Notes under the pieces: generated by a model | What the model saw: the letters and a program-made list of their open reading frames with translations, nothing else | Databases searched by the model: none | What the model was told of the DNA's origin: nothing | Made by a program: the position numbers and the translations under genes | Part shown: piece by piece, positions 38,895-53,104 of the stretch | Layout of the letters: each line of letters starts with the position of its first letter | Numbering within the stretch: position 1 is the stretch's first letter | Assembly: GCF_006345805.1 (NCBI RefSeq) | Contig: NC_043004.1 | Location: 28,954,001-29,018,000 of the forward strand | Length of the DNA: 64,000 bases | Reading direction: 5' to 3' | Source: Octopus sinensis | Taxonomy: Eukaryota

Positions 38895-39910
38895 TGTGTG
38901 TGTGTGTGTGTGAATATATGTGTGTATCACATTTTATAGACGTATATAAGCCATAACATAACATGCTTTATAGATGAAAGATTTTTTTCTATTTTGACAT
39001 GTACGCTACCATAGAATCTTAAAAATTTCTAAACAAAAGTAACTATGAGAGCTGTCAAGCATATGGTATTTAATGTTTAATAATTATTCACACGTATATA
39101 AAACTTTAAAAAAAGAAACTTGATAACAGGAGTAACATTGCATAGCTATCCCTGGCTAAATTAGACTAATACTCATTTAAAAAAATGTCCATTAAGCGTG
39201 TCTATTTAATCAAAACATAGAATTAGTTGTACACGACTGAAAAGGAGTAATAAAATACAAAGAACAACTGGTTAACAACTTGGTACATAAGCATAATATT
39301 TAGAAATCGTAAGAAAATATGCATTACCTCTATAAATGTGAGACATAAATGGTCAGAAATATCTAAATCAGTTCATCATTCTAAAATGTAAAACACATAG
39401 AGTGCCTTGTAAAATGGTCTTTTAATCCACTGTCATGAAAAGTAATAAAAAAATGTTTTAAAATAGGATGATTACTGATAGGAACAATTTGATCGTATAA
39501 ACCTGCTGGTTCAAAACTCACATAGACGCGCACGAGCACATACACGCATACACACACGCAAACACACACACACAACTATATACACACAATGTGCTATTTT
39601 TAAAACATATTCTCTCATTTATGATAATGACATTTTCCGAAAACATAAAAAAGTCAAAAATAATGATATACAAAAACAAAATTATGGCAGAAATACAAAA
39701 TTAAATATGAATCAGCCTTCCTTCCTCCCCACTTTCTGTTTCTCTCTGTCTATCAGTTTACATTTAATTTAAACATGTTCGTTCAAACACAAGTGTGTTA
39801 AATGTAAATATATAGTTTTCTTTTAAATATACACATATTTATATATAATAATCACGTATATATATATACACACACATATAAAAGTATATATATATATATA
39901 TATATATATA

Positions 39911-40048
39911 CTTTTACTCTTTTACTTGTTTCAGTCATTTGACTGTGGCCATGCTGGAGCATCGCCTTTTAGTCAAAGAAATCTATCTATCTGTCTGTCT
40001 GTCTGTCTATCTATCAATACACACACACACACACAGACACACACACAT

Positions 40049-40114
<66 letters not shown>

Positions 40115-40428
40115 CTTATTCTTTGTAAGCCTGATACTTACTCTACCGGTTACCTCTGCCGAAGCACTGAGTTACGGGGATATAAACACACCAGCGTCGG
40201 TTGTCAAGCGATGAGGTGGGGGGGGGGCAAACACAGACATAAAGACACGCACAAACTTATACATATGTATATGACGGTCTTCTTTCAGATTCCGTCTGCC
40301 AAATCCACTCACCAGACTTCAGTCGCCCCGAGATTATAGTAGACGACACTTGCCTAACGTGCCACGCAGTAGGACTGAACCCGGAAACATGTGGTTGGGA
40401 AGCAAGCTTTCTACTACACAGACACGCC
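39911..40428 (-). mobile_element. SINE family B, near full length
   Basis: Tail 39911-40250 (with its own inserted microsatellites) and head 40270-40428. Confidence 0.85.
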
Positions 40429-40616
40429 TCCATTAAAGATAGGATCAACCAAAAAAGAACTCCGTTCAGTAAAAGATAAATATCATTTAATATACCCAAC
40501 TTACAAAGAGCTACTATAAATTGGCATTTATATATAACATGTTATGTATCTCCAAGGCGCAGTGCATATCGTTAGACGTATTTCCACACACACACACAAA
40601 CACACACACACACACA

Positions 40617-40647
<31 letters not shown>

Positions 40648-41519
40648 TACTCAAATATATATATATATACGTCAGTCTGTCTGTATACATGTTCGTGTCT
40701 ATTTATCTTTCTATACTCATGTATATAAATATAGATGTATACACATACATACACATATGTATTTTATGTATGTATGCATGTATGTATTTTATGTATGTAT
40801 GTGCGTATGTATGTATGTATGTTTGTAAGTATATATGCTTGTATGTATGTATTTTAATATTTCGCTTGGGCTTTGATTTTAACGCAGTTATTTTAGTTGA
40901 TTACTTCAATTTTTTAACCCATTGATAATTTGCACTTTCTCACGCATGTATAACATATATGTTTTATGCGCGCGCGCGCGTGTGTATGAGTGTATGTTTG
41001 CGCGCATGCTGTCTTCTTCGGGAATATAAGCTACTTATAAAAACGATACTCTAGCAACATATACATAAAAAAGATATATACATATAAGCGTACGAACATA
41101 CTCACGCAGACGCACAGAGACATACACACGCACATAATTATATATACACAAATCGAAACTACTAAGGACACGCTGTAGTCCGTATTAGTTGTATGTATGT
41201 ACCCTTACTATAACGGACACGCAGACATATGTACGTGTTTGCGCAACTGACGCTTTTATTGCTAGTTGTAAAAGTTTTTAGTTGCTTTTTTTAAAGTCCA
41301 TGTTAAGGAACAGCCATATTGTATACATTATATATATTGAATATGTATATGTGTACCTATGTATAATCATTGAACCGAAAACATTAACTACATCGATCTC
41401 ACTCGTCTCGAGACTGATAAAGGCTATTACTGCATACCCTAACACCAGACTAAAAAAAACAAACAAACTGAACACTCATATATATATATATCCCACCAGG
41501 GATGAGAATTAATACTTTT

Positions 41520-41962
41520 AGGCGCAGGTGTGGCTGTGTGGTAAGAAGCTTGCTTCCCAATCGCATGGTTCCGAGTTCAGTCCTTCCGCATAGCACCTTG
41601 GGCAAGTGTCTTCAACTATATCCTTGGGCCGACCAAAGCCTTGTGAGAGGATTAGGTAGACGAAAACTGAACGTAGCCTGTGGTATATTATAATGTATAT
41701 ATTTATGTGTGTATGGGTGTGTGTGTGTGTGTGTGTATTTATGTGTATTTTTGTGTCTGTATTTGTCCCCCTACTATTACTTGACACCCGATCTTGGTAT
41801 CTGGTGTGTGTTTACGTACCCCGTAACTTAGCGGTTCAGCAAATAGATAAGGACCGATAGAATAAGTATTAGACTTACAAAGAATAAGTCCTAAGGTCGA
41901 TTTGTTTGACTAAAAGACTCATCATGGTCGTAGTCAAATGACTAAAACAAGTAAAAGAAAGA
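41520..41962 (+). mobile_element. SINE family B, full-length reference copy
   Basis: GGCGCAGGTGTGGCTGTGTGGTAAGAAG..GAGTTCAGTCC..CACCTTGGGCAAGTGTCTT (resembles the 5' part of the CORE domain), a microsatellite core, then tail ..GACTAAAACAAGTAAAAGA. Confidence 0.9.
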
Positions 41963-43334
41963 ATATATATATATTGTATTTCGTGATGGTCACTATACAC
42001 ACACCACACACACACACACATATCGCCCGGAGACAATTGCAAAGTAACCATTTCTTGTTTTATTTAATTAATAATTTGAACGAAGTATTTTTTAAGACGT
42101 TAATTTTTGAAGACCTATCAAACGACTGTTATGCTGTTAAAATCGCAGATTATAATTCATGGAATTATTATTTCAGTAATTAGAAAATTCATAAAATATA
42201 AACATAGTTTCTCCCTTATTTATTTAGTCAATTAAACACGCACGTAATATAATGCCTTTAAAGAAGAGACTGTTTAATTTAAAGGAGATTAAAAAAAAAT
42301 CTAAGTTGTCTATCAGTTTGGCTGTTTAATTGACATCTTAATTATTCAAAGTGTTTATAGATGGAATATTGAGGCATCATCTCCAATTTAGGTATTATTA
42401 GCATCATTCATTTTCTTACTTTCTCAGTAAGTCACTTTCCCTATTTTCCTTAAAGCTTCATGGATAATTTAATTAGATCCTAAAATTTTTTTTTACATCT
42501 GAATGCGAAATATCTTCAAATATCAATATGTATAGAATATTAAAAAAATTAAATATTTTAATATATTGATTGCAAAGCAAAGAAATAAACACAAAAATAT
42601 GTCTATATTATATATTACAAGACCAAAAATAAACAAATAAAATTAAACATGATCCAGCATGGCCGCAATCGAATGACTGAAAGAAGTAAAAGAGTAGTTA
42701 TGATTATAATTAAGAGAAGATTGAAGCATTCAATATCGTAATTTCAGTCATATCAGCAAAAAATACTCTATATTTAATTTACCATGCGATAGCTCTTCGA
42801 TTTTTTAAAATAAGCTAGTGGCACTGTAGTATAATGTAAAATTATAGGAACTCTATGGAATCATTTACTGGATTATTTTTCTTTATCTTAGAGAACAAAG
42901 AAATATTTTAAACGACAAATGAATTCTACATATGTATAATTGATAAAAAGTAAAACAATGGGTATCCTTCTTAGATTTTTATTGTAAAGCAATAAAAGTG
43001 ACTAATTCCAATCTTGTAGCCAAAGCAACAGCATACCTTCATATTCACGAAAATTAATTTCTTTCTCACTTAACACTTAGATAACATCTCTTAATATTTC
43101 TAAAACCTCTCCTGTTAACTACTTCTAGTTGAAAGAGACGAAAGTTATACCAAGAATTATAAGCATGAAAATAATAGGGTGGGAATCAAATTTCACTTGT
43201 AAGAAATCGTAAGGTAGAATTTCATTTATTTATGGAAGTTTCAAATGTGTTGCATCTTAAAAAATCCTCGAAAAAAAAACTCAAATGAATAAGAAAATAT
43301 ACCGTGTAGCATTTATATTGCCTTTATTGCTATA

Positions 43335-43541
43335 CAGTAATCCCTCGCCATATCGCGGCTCACCTATCGCGGTTTATTATTAAAGCTTATGTCGATTCCT
43401 CCGTGATGTAGTTTTGTATTTATAATAAAATGAATATATACAAATTATAAAAATAATTTTAAAAATATATACAGTACAGTACTGTTTCTACTTCGCGTGG
43501 GGTTTTGGAACGTAACACCCGCCGTAGTCGAGAGATTACTG
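43335..43541. mobile_element. pogo/Tigger-type MITE with TA TSD
   Basis: TA|CAGTAATCCCTCG ... CGAGAGATTACTG|TA. Confidence 0.8.
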
Positions 43542-43554
43542 TATTACTGTTATA

Positions 43555-43765
43555 ACGAACTGGCAGAATCATTAGTATGCCGGGCAAAATGCATAGCAAT
43601 GTTTCATCCGTCTTTACATACTGAGTTCAAATTCCACCGAGGTAAAATTTTGCCTTTCATCCTTTCCGGATCGATAAAATAAGTATCAGTTGAGCACTGG
43701 GGCCGATGTAATCGACTCACCCCACCCCCGCAATTACTAACCTTGAGCCAACATTTGAAACCAAT
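43555..43765 (+). mobile_element. SINE family A, tail type 1
   Basis: Matches the family A head, central segment and tail. Confidence 0.85.
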
Positions 43766-45939
43766 ATGTAGTGGTTATTAAAATATATTTAGTAGATAAA
43801 CTGCTGCAGGCATTTGTTTATCAGCTCAGTGTGTTTACACTCGGATTCCGGTGTAAACATTTTTGTTTTTAACACTTCAAAATCGAAGAAAAAATAGTAC
43901 TTGTAATAATCTGATGTTAAATCAATCTTTGTATCTCACTTTTTCTTAGAAGAAAAATAAGACTTGTGTTCATTTAAAGTAACCATTACATAAAAATAAT
44001 AATTGATTAATGATTGATTCTTACTTAGGAATGTAATCTGTGGGGTGTAGTGCTTTTTAGAAGATGAATTTGAAAATTGTGATGTTCAAACTTTTTTTTA
44101 AAACATTGTAGATAAAATGAAACAGTTCAAAACGGTTTCTATCGACAGTTTACAGAAAAAAACATTTTTATTTTACTATTGATGAATAATTTTCAGCGTT
44201 CATTCATTTTCCTGAGTGTTAATGTTAATGCAGTAATTTACATTAAACTACGTTACTGACTGACCACCACCAACTCTACAACAAACATAATAATATTATT
44301 TAGCGTCGTCACAAGGGTACCAGTGTTATAGTAGATTTAATTGTCCCTTGTAACAGAGCAGTGCTTTACCGGTAATGGAAGAATAAAAAAGCATATTAAA
44401 TAGAGAAGATGCTGTGACATTCATACCTTTCCCCGCCAAATAGCCGTTGTTATTGTAGTGTAAAAGGTTTCTATTTGGAAAGCAACGCTGCTATGTGAGT
44501 TAAACGGAAAATGACCTGCATTTCGGTGCTCGCCAACAATAACAATAAGAACGGTTTCTTTTTGAAGATATAGTTGTCATAGCGGAAAGATTAAAAGAAA
44601 ATATTTGAATTACTTTCGACAATGTTTTAATATACTTATTTTATCGTTTAGAACGGAATAATTGCAGAAATGATAAAGCACCGGACTAAATGCCTTAAAC
44701 TATTCTTATTTTTCAGACAATAAAATAAGTGGGGCACAATGAGCAATATTTACTGCATTTTTGACCTTGAGAAATTTCATTTTTTAAAATTTTTTATTAA
44801 TGTTCAATTCCTTACAAAAACTATATCTGCTAAGCAAATGACCTTCTCTAAAATACTCTAACATATTCAGAAAATGTCTCCGTTCTCTGAATTATACTGT
44901 CAAATTTAGGTGGGGGAAAATAAGTAAGAGAAAATTAAGGTAAATTTGCCTCTTCCATTTTCCAGAATTACATTTGAAAAAAGACTCATACATCAATATC
45001 CGCCCTTAGACATTAGAAACTTTAAAATATTTGAGTTAAATGAAAGATGATCATAGGAAAATGACGCATGGAATGAAATTAATAAAACTCGGCTAAATCT
45101 AAAACCTCAACATAAAATATTCTCTATAAGTTCTTAACCATCTGCTGAAGTGGTTCTCTTCCTAATATATTTACACATCTTGCAGACATAGAGAAATTAC
45201 TCATTACTTGTTTTGCTCCACTTACGACAATTTCTTTTAAACAAAAAATAATCAAATTAGACACTATTACGGGGTAAGTTGACTTGAAAACTAACAGGAA
45301 AAAGGATTTTTATTGTTAAGTACTAAAAATTACCCAGATATTTTGTTAGCAATCTCAGTTACAATCGGATTAAAGTGGAAGACAATTTTCTTGAAAAAAA
45401 AGTACCTGTCAACTGATTACGTTCCAAACTCTTTTAACTTCTACAGCAGTAACAAATATGCTGACCAACTTTTACTCCCAAAGATGATGCAACAGTACAA
45501 AACGATGATGTATAATAATTTCAAACAAATAAAAAAGAAATACCAAAAAATCAGAAAATACTCATTTTGCCCACGTAATCATTTGCACCCACCACCCTCC
45601 CTACACCCCGCCATATCGATAAAATACGGTAACGATTTGATTCACATAACTTCTTCGTTTGTGTAAAAACTATGTACATTCGGAAAAGAATTTTTATGGT
45701 TGGAACGTTCTTATTCTTATTCTTTTAATAGGGGAATAGAAAGTGTTACTAATTTTAAAATACCGCTAAGAAGGATTTCGTGCCAACCAGACGTTTATAT
45801 ATATATGACGATTTATAAATAAATAGGATTACTATTAACGAATTCTGGGACATCAGGTAATAGTTTCAAAGTATTCATTTTAGTATTTCTTCAAGTACAG
45901 GGAATATACTAACTAGCGAAATATATAGCCAGGTGTCAC

Positions 45940-45971
<32 letters not shown>

Positions 45972-46069
45972 GCGCACGCACGCACACACACACACGCACA
46001 CGCACACACACACACACACACACAACATTTTTGGTTTTGAAAACTCTGATTAATATTAAGTCCTATAAA

Positions 46070-46695
46070 GAGGGCGGTGGGTTGGTCGAACCGTAAGCAC
46101 GCCAGACAAAATGCTTAGCGGCATTTTGCCCGTCTTTCGTTCTCAGTTCAAATTGCGCAGGAGTCAATTTGCTTTTCATCCTTTCTGAGTCAATAAAATA
46201 AGCATCAGCTGAGCACTGAGGTCGAGGAAATCGACTGACCTCTCCTTCAAAGTTGCTGGCTTTATGCCAAAATTTGAAACCAGTGATAACATCTACAAAG
46301 ATGGCGAGCCGGCAGAATCGTTAGCACGCCGGGGAAAAGGCTTAGCGGCATTTCATCCTCCATTATGCTCAGATTTCAAATTCCCTCGAGGTCGACTTTG
46401 CCTTTTATCCCTTCGGGGTCGATTAAATAAGTACCAGTTACGCACTGGGTCGATATAATCGACTTAATCCGTTTGTATGTCCTTGTTTGTTCCCTCTGTG
46501 TGTAGCCCCTTGTGGGCAGTAAAGAAATAAGAAACGTTAGCACGCCGGGGAAAAGGCTTAGCGGCATTTCATCCTCCATTATGCTCAGATTTCAAATTCC
46601 CTCGAGGTCGGTAAATTAAGTACCATTTGAGCATTGGGGTCGATGTAATCGACTTACTTCTCTCCTGATATATGCCAGCATTTGGAACCGATATT
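46070..46695 (+). mobile_element. Tandem SINE family A copies (monomer 46070-46285; chimeric dimer 46303-46695)
   Basis: Head 46319-46394 is exactly repeated at 46535-46610. Tail type 2 lies between the repeats. Confidence 0.85.
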
Positions 46696-47171
46696 AAACT
46701 CTATAAATTTTAGATCAATTCAAACTAGTGTTTAATCTCTACAATCTTATAATGCAGTACAAAAGTGTTTAGAGATTTGATATGTATGCTAAGATAAATA
46801 TAAAGTAGATGTATCTCCATCTCTTTCGACTTGAGTATAGCGTTTGTTTCGTCAACTGAACTGCCTACTCATAGAATCATAGCTTATGTGGTCGAGTACT
46901 GCACAAACACTTGTTAGATTACGTAATTCGTAGGATGAATCAGCATAACACTGTTAAGAACAAGAATGGCCCTTTGATATGAAGGTGCTGTCCAGCTGAT
47001 GATCTTACATGGCATTTCACTCATATGACTTTCGTCAACCTGTGGCTAGGTTAAAAAAATCAAGATAACACGTAGTGGTATTGAACTCAGAACCTTGGGG
47101 TTGCGAACTCTTTAAGCATTCGATGCCTGTATTCATTTTTTTTTTTGGTAGGTATTAGTGTCTGTATGAAG

Positions 47172-47603
47172 CGGCGAGCTGGCAGAAACGTTAGCACGCC
47201 GGGTGAAATGCTTAGCGGTTTTACTTCTGCCGCTACGTTCTGAGTTTAAATTCCGCTGAGGTCGACTTTGCCTTTCATCGTTTCGGGGTCGATTAAATAA
47301 GTACCAGTTACGCACTGGGTCGATATAATCGACTTAATCCGTTTGTATGTCCTTGTTTGTTCCCTCTGTGTGTAGCCCCTTGTGGGCAGTAAAGAAATAA
47401 GAAACGTTAGCACGCCGGGCAAAATGCTTAGCGGTATTTCGTCTGTCTTTGTGTTCTGAGTTCAAATTCCTCGGAGGTCAACTTTGCCTTTCATACTTTC
47501 AGGGTCGATAAATTAAGTACCAGTTGCCTACTGGTGTCGATCTAATCGACTGCTCCCCTCCCCCCAAATTTCGGGCCTTGTGCCTAGAGTAGAAAAGATT
47601 ATT
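47172..47603 (+). mobile_element. Dimeric SINE family A (left monomer tail 2, right monomer tail 3)
   Basis: Junction GTAAAGAAATAA|GAAACGTTAGCACGCC. Confidence 0.85.
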
Positions 47604-47618
47604 GTTTCTATGCAAACG

Positions 47619-47688
<70 letters not shown>

Positions 47689-47689
47689 C

Positions 47690-47730
<41 letters not shown>

Positions 47731-47733
<3 letters not shown>

Positions 47734-48197
47734 TAAAAAAAGATGGGTGAATGTAGCAAGAATGGCACGTATGAATGACGAAGCCACCTTGAGCATGATC
47801 CTATGAACCCAGAAATTGAAAACAGAGAGTTGCTTATTCGCACAAAAAAAAAAAAAAGAAATATAACATGTGACTCCATTGACCGAGGTTACCGTGGTCT
47901 TTTCCGTAGGCTTTTCTTTCCACGGGTAAACCTCACCTGTCCTCCCTTTACACTTCATATTGACATTTCTGTGATAACGATCCCTATTGATCAATTTTTT
48001 TTTTTTCCTCTCCCCCTTTTTTTTAACCCCCCTTTTTTTGTCCTCTTTCTCTCCTTTTACGATCCCTTTTGATCGAAACTCCCCTTCCTTTTTTTTAATT
48101 TAAAAAATTTTTTTTTTTTTTTTAAAACCTTCAAAAGAAAAGCTCTACCTTGTAATTTGTTCTATCTGTGTGCAGCCCTGTGTGGCTAATAAAGAAA
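47731..48197 (+). mobile_element. Tx1 LINE 3' end (last ORF2 codons plus 3' UTR) inside (TCTA)n
   Basis: KRWVNVARMARMNDEATLSMIL* loosely resembles the ORF end near 32700. Terminus CAGCCCTGTGTGGCTAATAAAGAAA. (TCTA)n on both sides. Confidence 0.75.
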
Positions 48198-48199
48198 CA

Positions 48200-48233
<34 letters not shown>

Positions 48234-48295
48234 GCTATGTTATATACATAATATATACATTTTGTATATTTATATATAAAATGCATTATACACAT

Positions 48296-48560
48296 ACAGG
48301 GTACGATGGGTAAATTGTCACCTTTTTATATCTTTAATTTCGCGAATGCCCATTTTGATTTTGTCGACTACACAGTATAGTAGAGTCAGTTGGGCACTGT
48401 CTGTGAGAAAATCAGCACCATAACGCAATTCGCTCTGCCGGAAATTTGGAAACGAAACGTTGCGCTGCCAATAAAACTAATAAAACTGAAATCTAGTAAA
48501 TTGATTGATTTATCAAAATTACGTGAAAAGAAAAAAAAAAATTCTGAACGAAATTAACTA
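48296..48560. mobile_element. Probable Tc1/mariner terminal fragment
   Basis: Starts TACAGGGTACGATGGG, a typical TA-CAGGG terminus. No partner end or ORF seen. Confidence 0.4.
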
Positions 48561-49099
48561 TTCACCGGGAATATTCTCTCCTTTTCTTTTGAAATTGGAA
48601 TGGAAAGAATTAGCGGCTATGACACAGTTTAAATCTAATGTAGTTAAGAAGTATTTGAAGTAAAGTATAATACTGTAATTATGTTGTAACTATATTAATT
48701 ACTTTTTAATATTCAACGTGCTTTCTGCGTGATGAATCTTCACTCAATGCATCTATGCAAACATATGTATAAATATATGCATATGTTAATAGGAATATAT
48801 ATATATGTTCCCAACCGCATATATAGATTATATATATATATGTGTGTGCTAACTCTATCTTCCTTTTCCTTCATCAGTTATATGTATGTATGTGTGTATG
48901 TGTATCTATCTATCTATTTATCTATATGTATGTATGTATGTATGTGTATGTATGTATATATGTATGTATGTATGTATGTATATATGCATATATATCTAAA
49001 TTATGACAATATTGGTTGTCAAGCGATCGTGGGGGAACAAACACAGACAAACACAAACAAACATATACATGTACATATATGTGTATATATCTCTTTTTT

Positions 49100-49528
49100 T
49101 TTCTCTTGTTTCAGTCATTTTGACTGCGGCCATGCTGGAGCACCGCCTTTAATCGAGCAACTCGACCCCGGACTTATTCTTTGTAAGCCCAGTACTTATT
49201 CTATCGGTCTCTTTTGCCGAACCGCTAAGTGACGGGGGCATAAACACACCAGCATCGGTTGTCAAGCAATGCTAGGGGTACAAACACAGACACACAAACA
49301 TTAACGCACATACATATCTATACATATATACGACGGGCTTCTTTCAGTTTCCGTCTACCAAATACACTCACAAGGCTTTGGTCGGCCCGAGGCTATAGTA
49401 GAAGACACTTGCCCAAGTATATATATATATACAAATTATGAATATACATATATGTGCGTGTATATATATATATATACATACATACTTATATATACACACA
49501 CACCAATATATATATATATATATATACA

Positions 49529-49619
<91 letters not shown>

Positions 49620-49867
49620 GTATGTATGTATGTATACACACACACTTATATATATAAATTATATATAGTCGAAGGCATGGTTCTGTGGTGAGAAGGTTGA
49701 TTCCAAACCACATGGTTCGTGTTCTGTGTCCCACTTCGTTGGCACTTTGGACAAGTGTCTTCTACTGTAGCCTCGGGCAGACGAAAGACTTCTGAATAGA
49801 TTTGGTACACGGAACTGAGAGAAGCCTGTCGTATATATACATATGTATATATATATGTGTATATAAG

Positions 49868-49922
<55 letters not shown>

Positions 49923-50175
49923 TTATGTATTATGTGTATATATGTGTGTGTGTGTGTGTGTGTATTTATATGTGTTTCTTTGTTTTGTCGCCCCACCATC
50001 GCTTGACAACCGGTGTTGGTGAGTTTGCACCCCGTAAATTAGCGGTTCGGCAACAGAGACCGAGAGAATAAGTACCAGGCTTTCAATGACTAAGTTCTGG
50101 AGTCGATTAGCTCGACTAAAGACAATGTTCCAGCATGACCGCAGTCAGACGACCGAAACAAAAAGAGTAAAAGAC
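49100..50175. mobile_element. Divergent pair of SINE family B copies (-, 49100-49415; +, 49672-50175)
   Basis: Direct matches to head and tail, separated by (TA)n. Confidence 0.85.
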
Positions 50176-50202
50176 TGAAGAGTATATACATATATATATA
50201 TA

Positions 50203-50428
50203 TTTCTTTACTACCCACAACGGGCTAAACACAGAGGGGACAAACAAGGACAGACAAACGGATGAAGTCGATTACATCGATCCCAGTGCGTAACTGGTAC
50301 TTAATTTATCGACCCCGAAAGGATGAAAGGCAAAGTCGACCTCGACGGAATTTGAACTCAGAACGTAACGGCAGACGAAATACGGCTACGCATTTCGCCC
50401 GGCGTGCTAACGTTTCTGCCAGCTCGCC
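50203..50428 (-). mobile_element. SINE family A monomer with tail type 2 (Tx1-like tail)
   Basis: Minus-strand GGCGAGCTGGCAGAAACGTTAGCACGCC..TTGTCCCCCTCTGTGTTTAGCCCGTTGTGGGTAGTAAAGAAA. Confidence 0.9.
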
Positions 50429-50466
50429 CTTTTATTACATATATATACATTATATATATGTGTGTG

Positions 50467-50508
<42 letters not shown>

Positions 50509-50759
50509 ATATATATGTATATGATTATATATAAATATATTTATATATTAATATATATATATATAATATATATATATTATATATATATATATACATATAG
50601 TTATGGATGTATATTTATATATAGATTTTATTGTATATATATTTATATATTTATATATATATGTGTGTGTGTGGTGTGTGTATAGAGGAATACATATATA
50701 TATAGATTAGATATTTCTATAGTCACGCGCACGTGCATACGCGCTCGATCACATACACA

Positions 50760-51112
50760 TATTGTTTTATTCCTTTATTTGTCTGTCTTTGGACTGCGGC
50801 CATGCTGCAGCACCGCCTTACAACGGAGACATCGGCCCTAGGAATTATTATGCATGTTACTTATTCTATCAGTGCTTTTTTCCCGAACCGATAAGTTAAG
50901 ATGATGTAAATACACCAACATCGGTTGCCAAAGGATGATAGGGGGTCAACCGCTGACACAAACGTACATATATATGTGTGTGTTTGTCAGTGTGTGTGTG
51001 TTTGTGTCAGCGGTTGACTCCCCTATCATCGCTTGGCAACCGATGTTGGTGTATTTACATCATCTTAACTTACGGTTCGGCAAAAAAGCTCTGATAGAAT
51101 AAGTAATATGCA
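50760..51112. repeat. SINE B tail (-) with a local inverted duplication (arms 50851-50963 and 51000-51112)
   Basis: The arms share private variants such as GATGATGTAAATACACC and TCAACCGCTGACACAAAC. Confidence 0.85.
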
Positions 51113-51194
51113 TATATATATATTATATATATATATATATGTACCGAAACATATGTACCGCTGAATCCTTGGCATCATGTTTTTATTTTGATTA

Positions 51195-51234
<40 letters not shown>

Positions 51235-51500
51235 TTATGACAGGCTTCTTCAGTACCAAATCACTTACAAGGCTTTGGTCGGCCCGAGGCTATGGTGGAA
51301 GATACTTACCTAAGGTCTCACGCAAGGGACTACAACCAGAACCATGAGGTTGGAAGCAGCTTTTTACCACACAACCTCGCCATATATATATATATAATAG
51401 ATATATATATATATATATATATATACAAAAGTATAAATATATATATATATTATATATATATATATGTATGTATATTATATATATAAATATACATATATGC

Positions 51501-51555
<55 letters not shown>

Positions 51556-51628
51556 ATATCTATGTATGTATATATATATATATATATAATAGATATAGAT
51601 ATATATATAAATATACATATATGCATAA

Positions 51629-51670
<42 letters not shown>

Positions 51671-51699
51671 TATATATATAAATATACAGATATACATAA

Positions 51700-51749
<50 letters not shown>

Positions 51750-52040
51750 GCATATTACTCTTTTATTCTTTTATTTGTGTCAGTCATTTGACAGCAGCCA
51801 TACTGGAGTACCACCTTTCGTCGAGAACATCGACACTAGGACTTATTTTGGAAAGCCTAGAGCTTATTTTATCGGTCACTTTAGCTGAACCGCTAATTTA
51901 TATGGACGTAAACACACCAACATCAGTTGTCAAGCAATGTGGGTGTGGGACAATTCCAGACACAAACATATGCAAATATATACATATATGCATAAATATA
52001 TATACGACAGGCTTTTCAGTTCCGACTAACAAGTCCACAC
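51235..52040 (-). mobile_element. SINE family B pieces (head 51235-51385; tail plus partial head 51765-52040)
   Basis: Reverse-complement matches separated by long (TA)n. Confidence 0.75.
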
Positions 52041-52088
52041 CTATATATATATATATATGTATATATATAGAATATATATATATATATA

Positions 52089-52135
<47 letters not shown>

Positions 52136-52659
52136 GATATATATATATTGATATATATAAATTTATGAATATGAGTATATATAAATATATATATCATTGA
52201 CAAAGGAAATGAGTCTTATGATTCTAATCCAGAAACGTACGTCCATGTTTAACCGAAGACTGTGTGATTTCATTATTTTTCTTCTTTTTTGGCTATATGT
52301 GAGTTACAAATATTGTTGTCTGTGGAGACATATTTTTGTAGAAAAAGGAAATAGTAGTCCTTTGGCTGCTATTTCTAAAATTTTCGGTATGTGGTCAAGC
52401 AACTTGTTGCAAAAACCCTTATTGTTATAATTATATAAATGTACATATATATATAAAAGTATATATATATAAATGTATATATGTATATATAAATATATAT
52501 ATACTAATAATGTATATATAAATATAATATATATATATATATATATATATAAATAACTGCATATATATATATATAATTATATATATACATACTAATATAT
52601 TATATATATATACCATATATACATCATTATACATACTAATATATATGTATGTATATCTA

Positions 52660-52693
<34 letters not shown>

Positions 52694-53104
52694 ATCTATC
52701 TATCTATCTATCTATCTATCTCTCTATATATATATGTACACAGCGTAATATGTTATACATGTATGTATATTGTTGTAATTGTCATTTCAGTAAATAAATA
52801 AATAAATTGATCTAATAAATTCATCTAAAATTTGATGAATACCACTTATTGATCCCCTCCATTTCTTATTCCTCTATACACACACACAACACACACACAT
52901 ATATATATATATATATTTATATTATATATATATAAATATATATATACATATAAATATATATATAAATATACATACATAACTATATGTATATAAATATATA
53001 TAAATATATTTATATATAATCATATATATATACATGCATATACACACACACACTAACACACTCACACACACACACATACACCACACACACACACACATAT
53101 ATAG

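Noticed and set aside
44460-44495. Possible 36-nt microexon before GTGAGT
   Set aside because: Weak acceptor and two open frames, with no independent support.
45313-45666. 117-aa ORF in AT-rich unique DNA
   Set aside because: No recognisable motif or splice signals. The Lys/Asn-rich composition is expected from AT-rich noncoding DNA.
46303-47603. CRISPR-like or regulatory repeat array
   Set aside because: The repeats are SINE monomers and dimers with no constant repeat/unique spacer pattern, and the context is eukaryotic.
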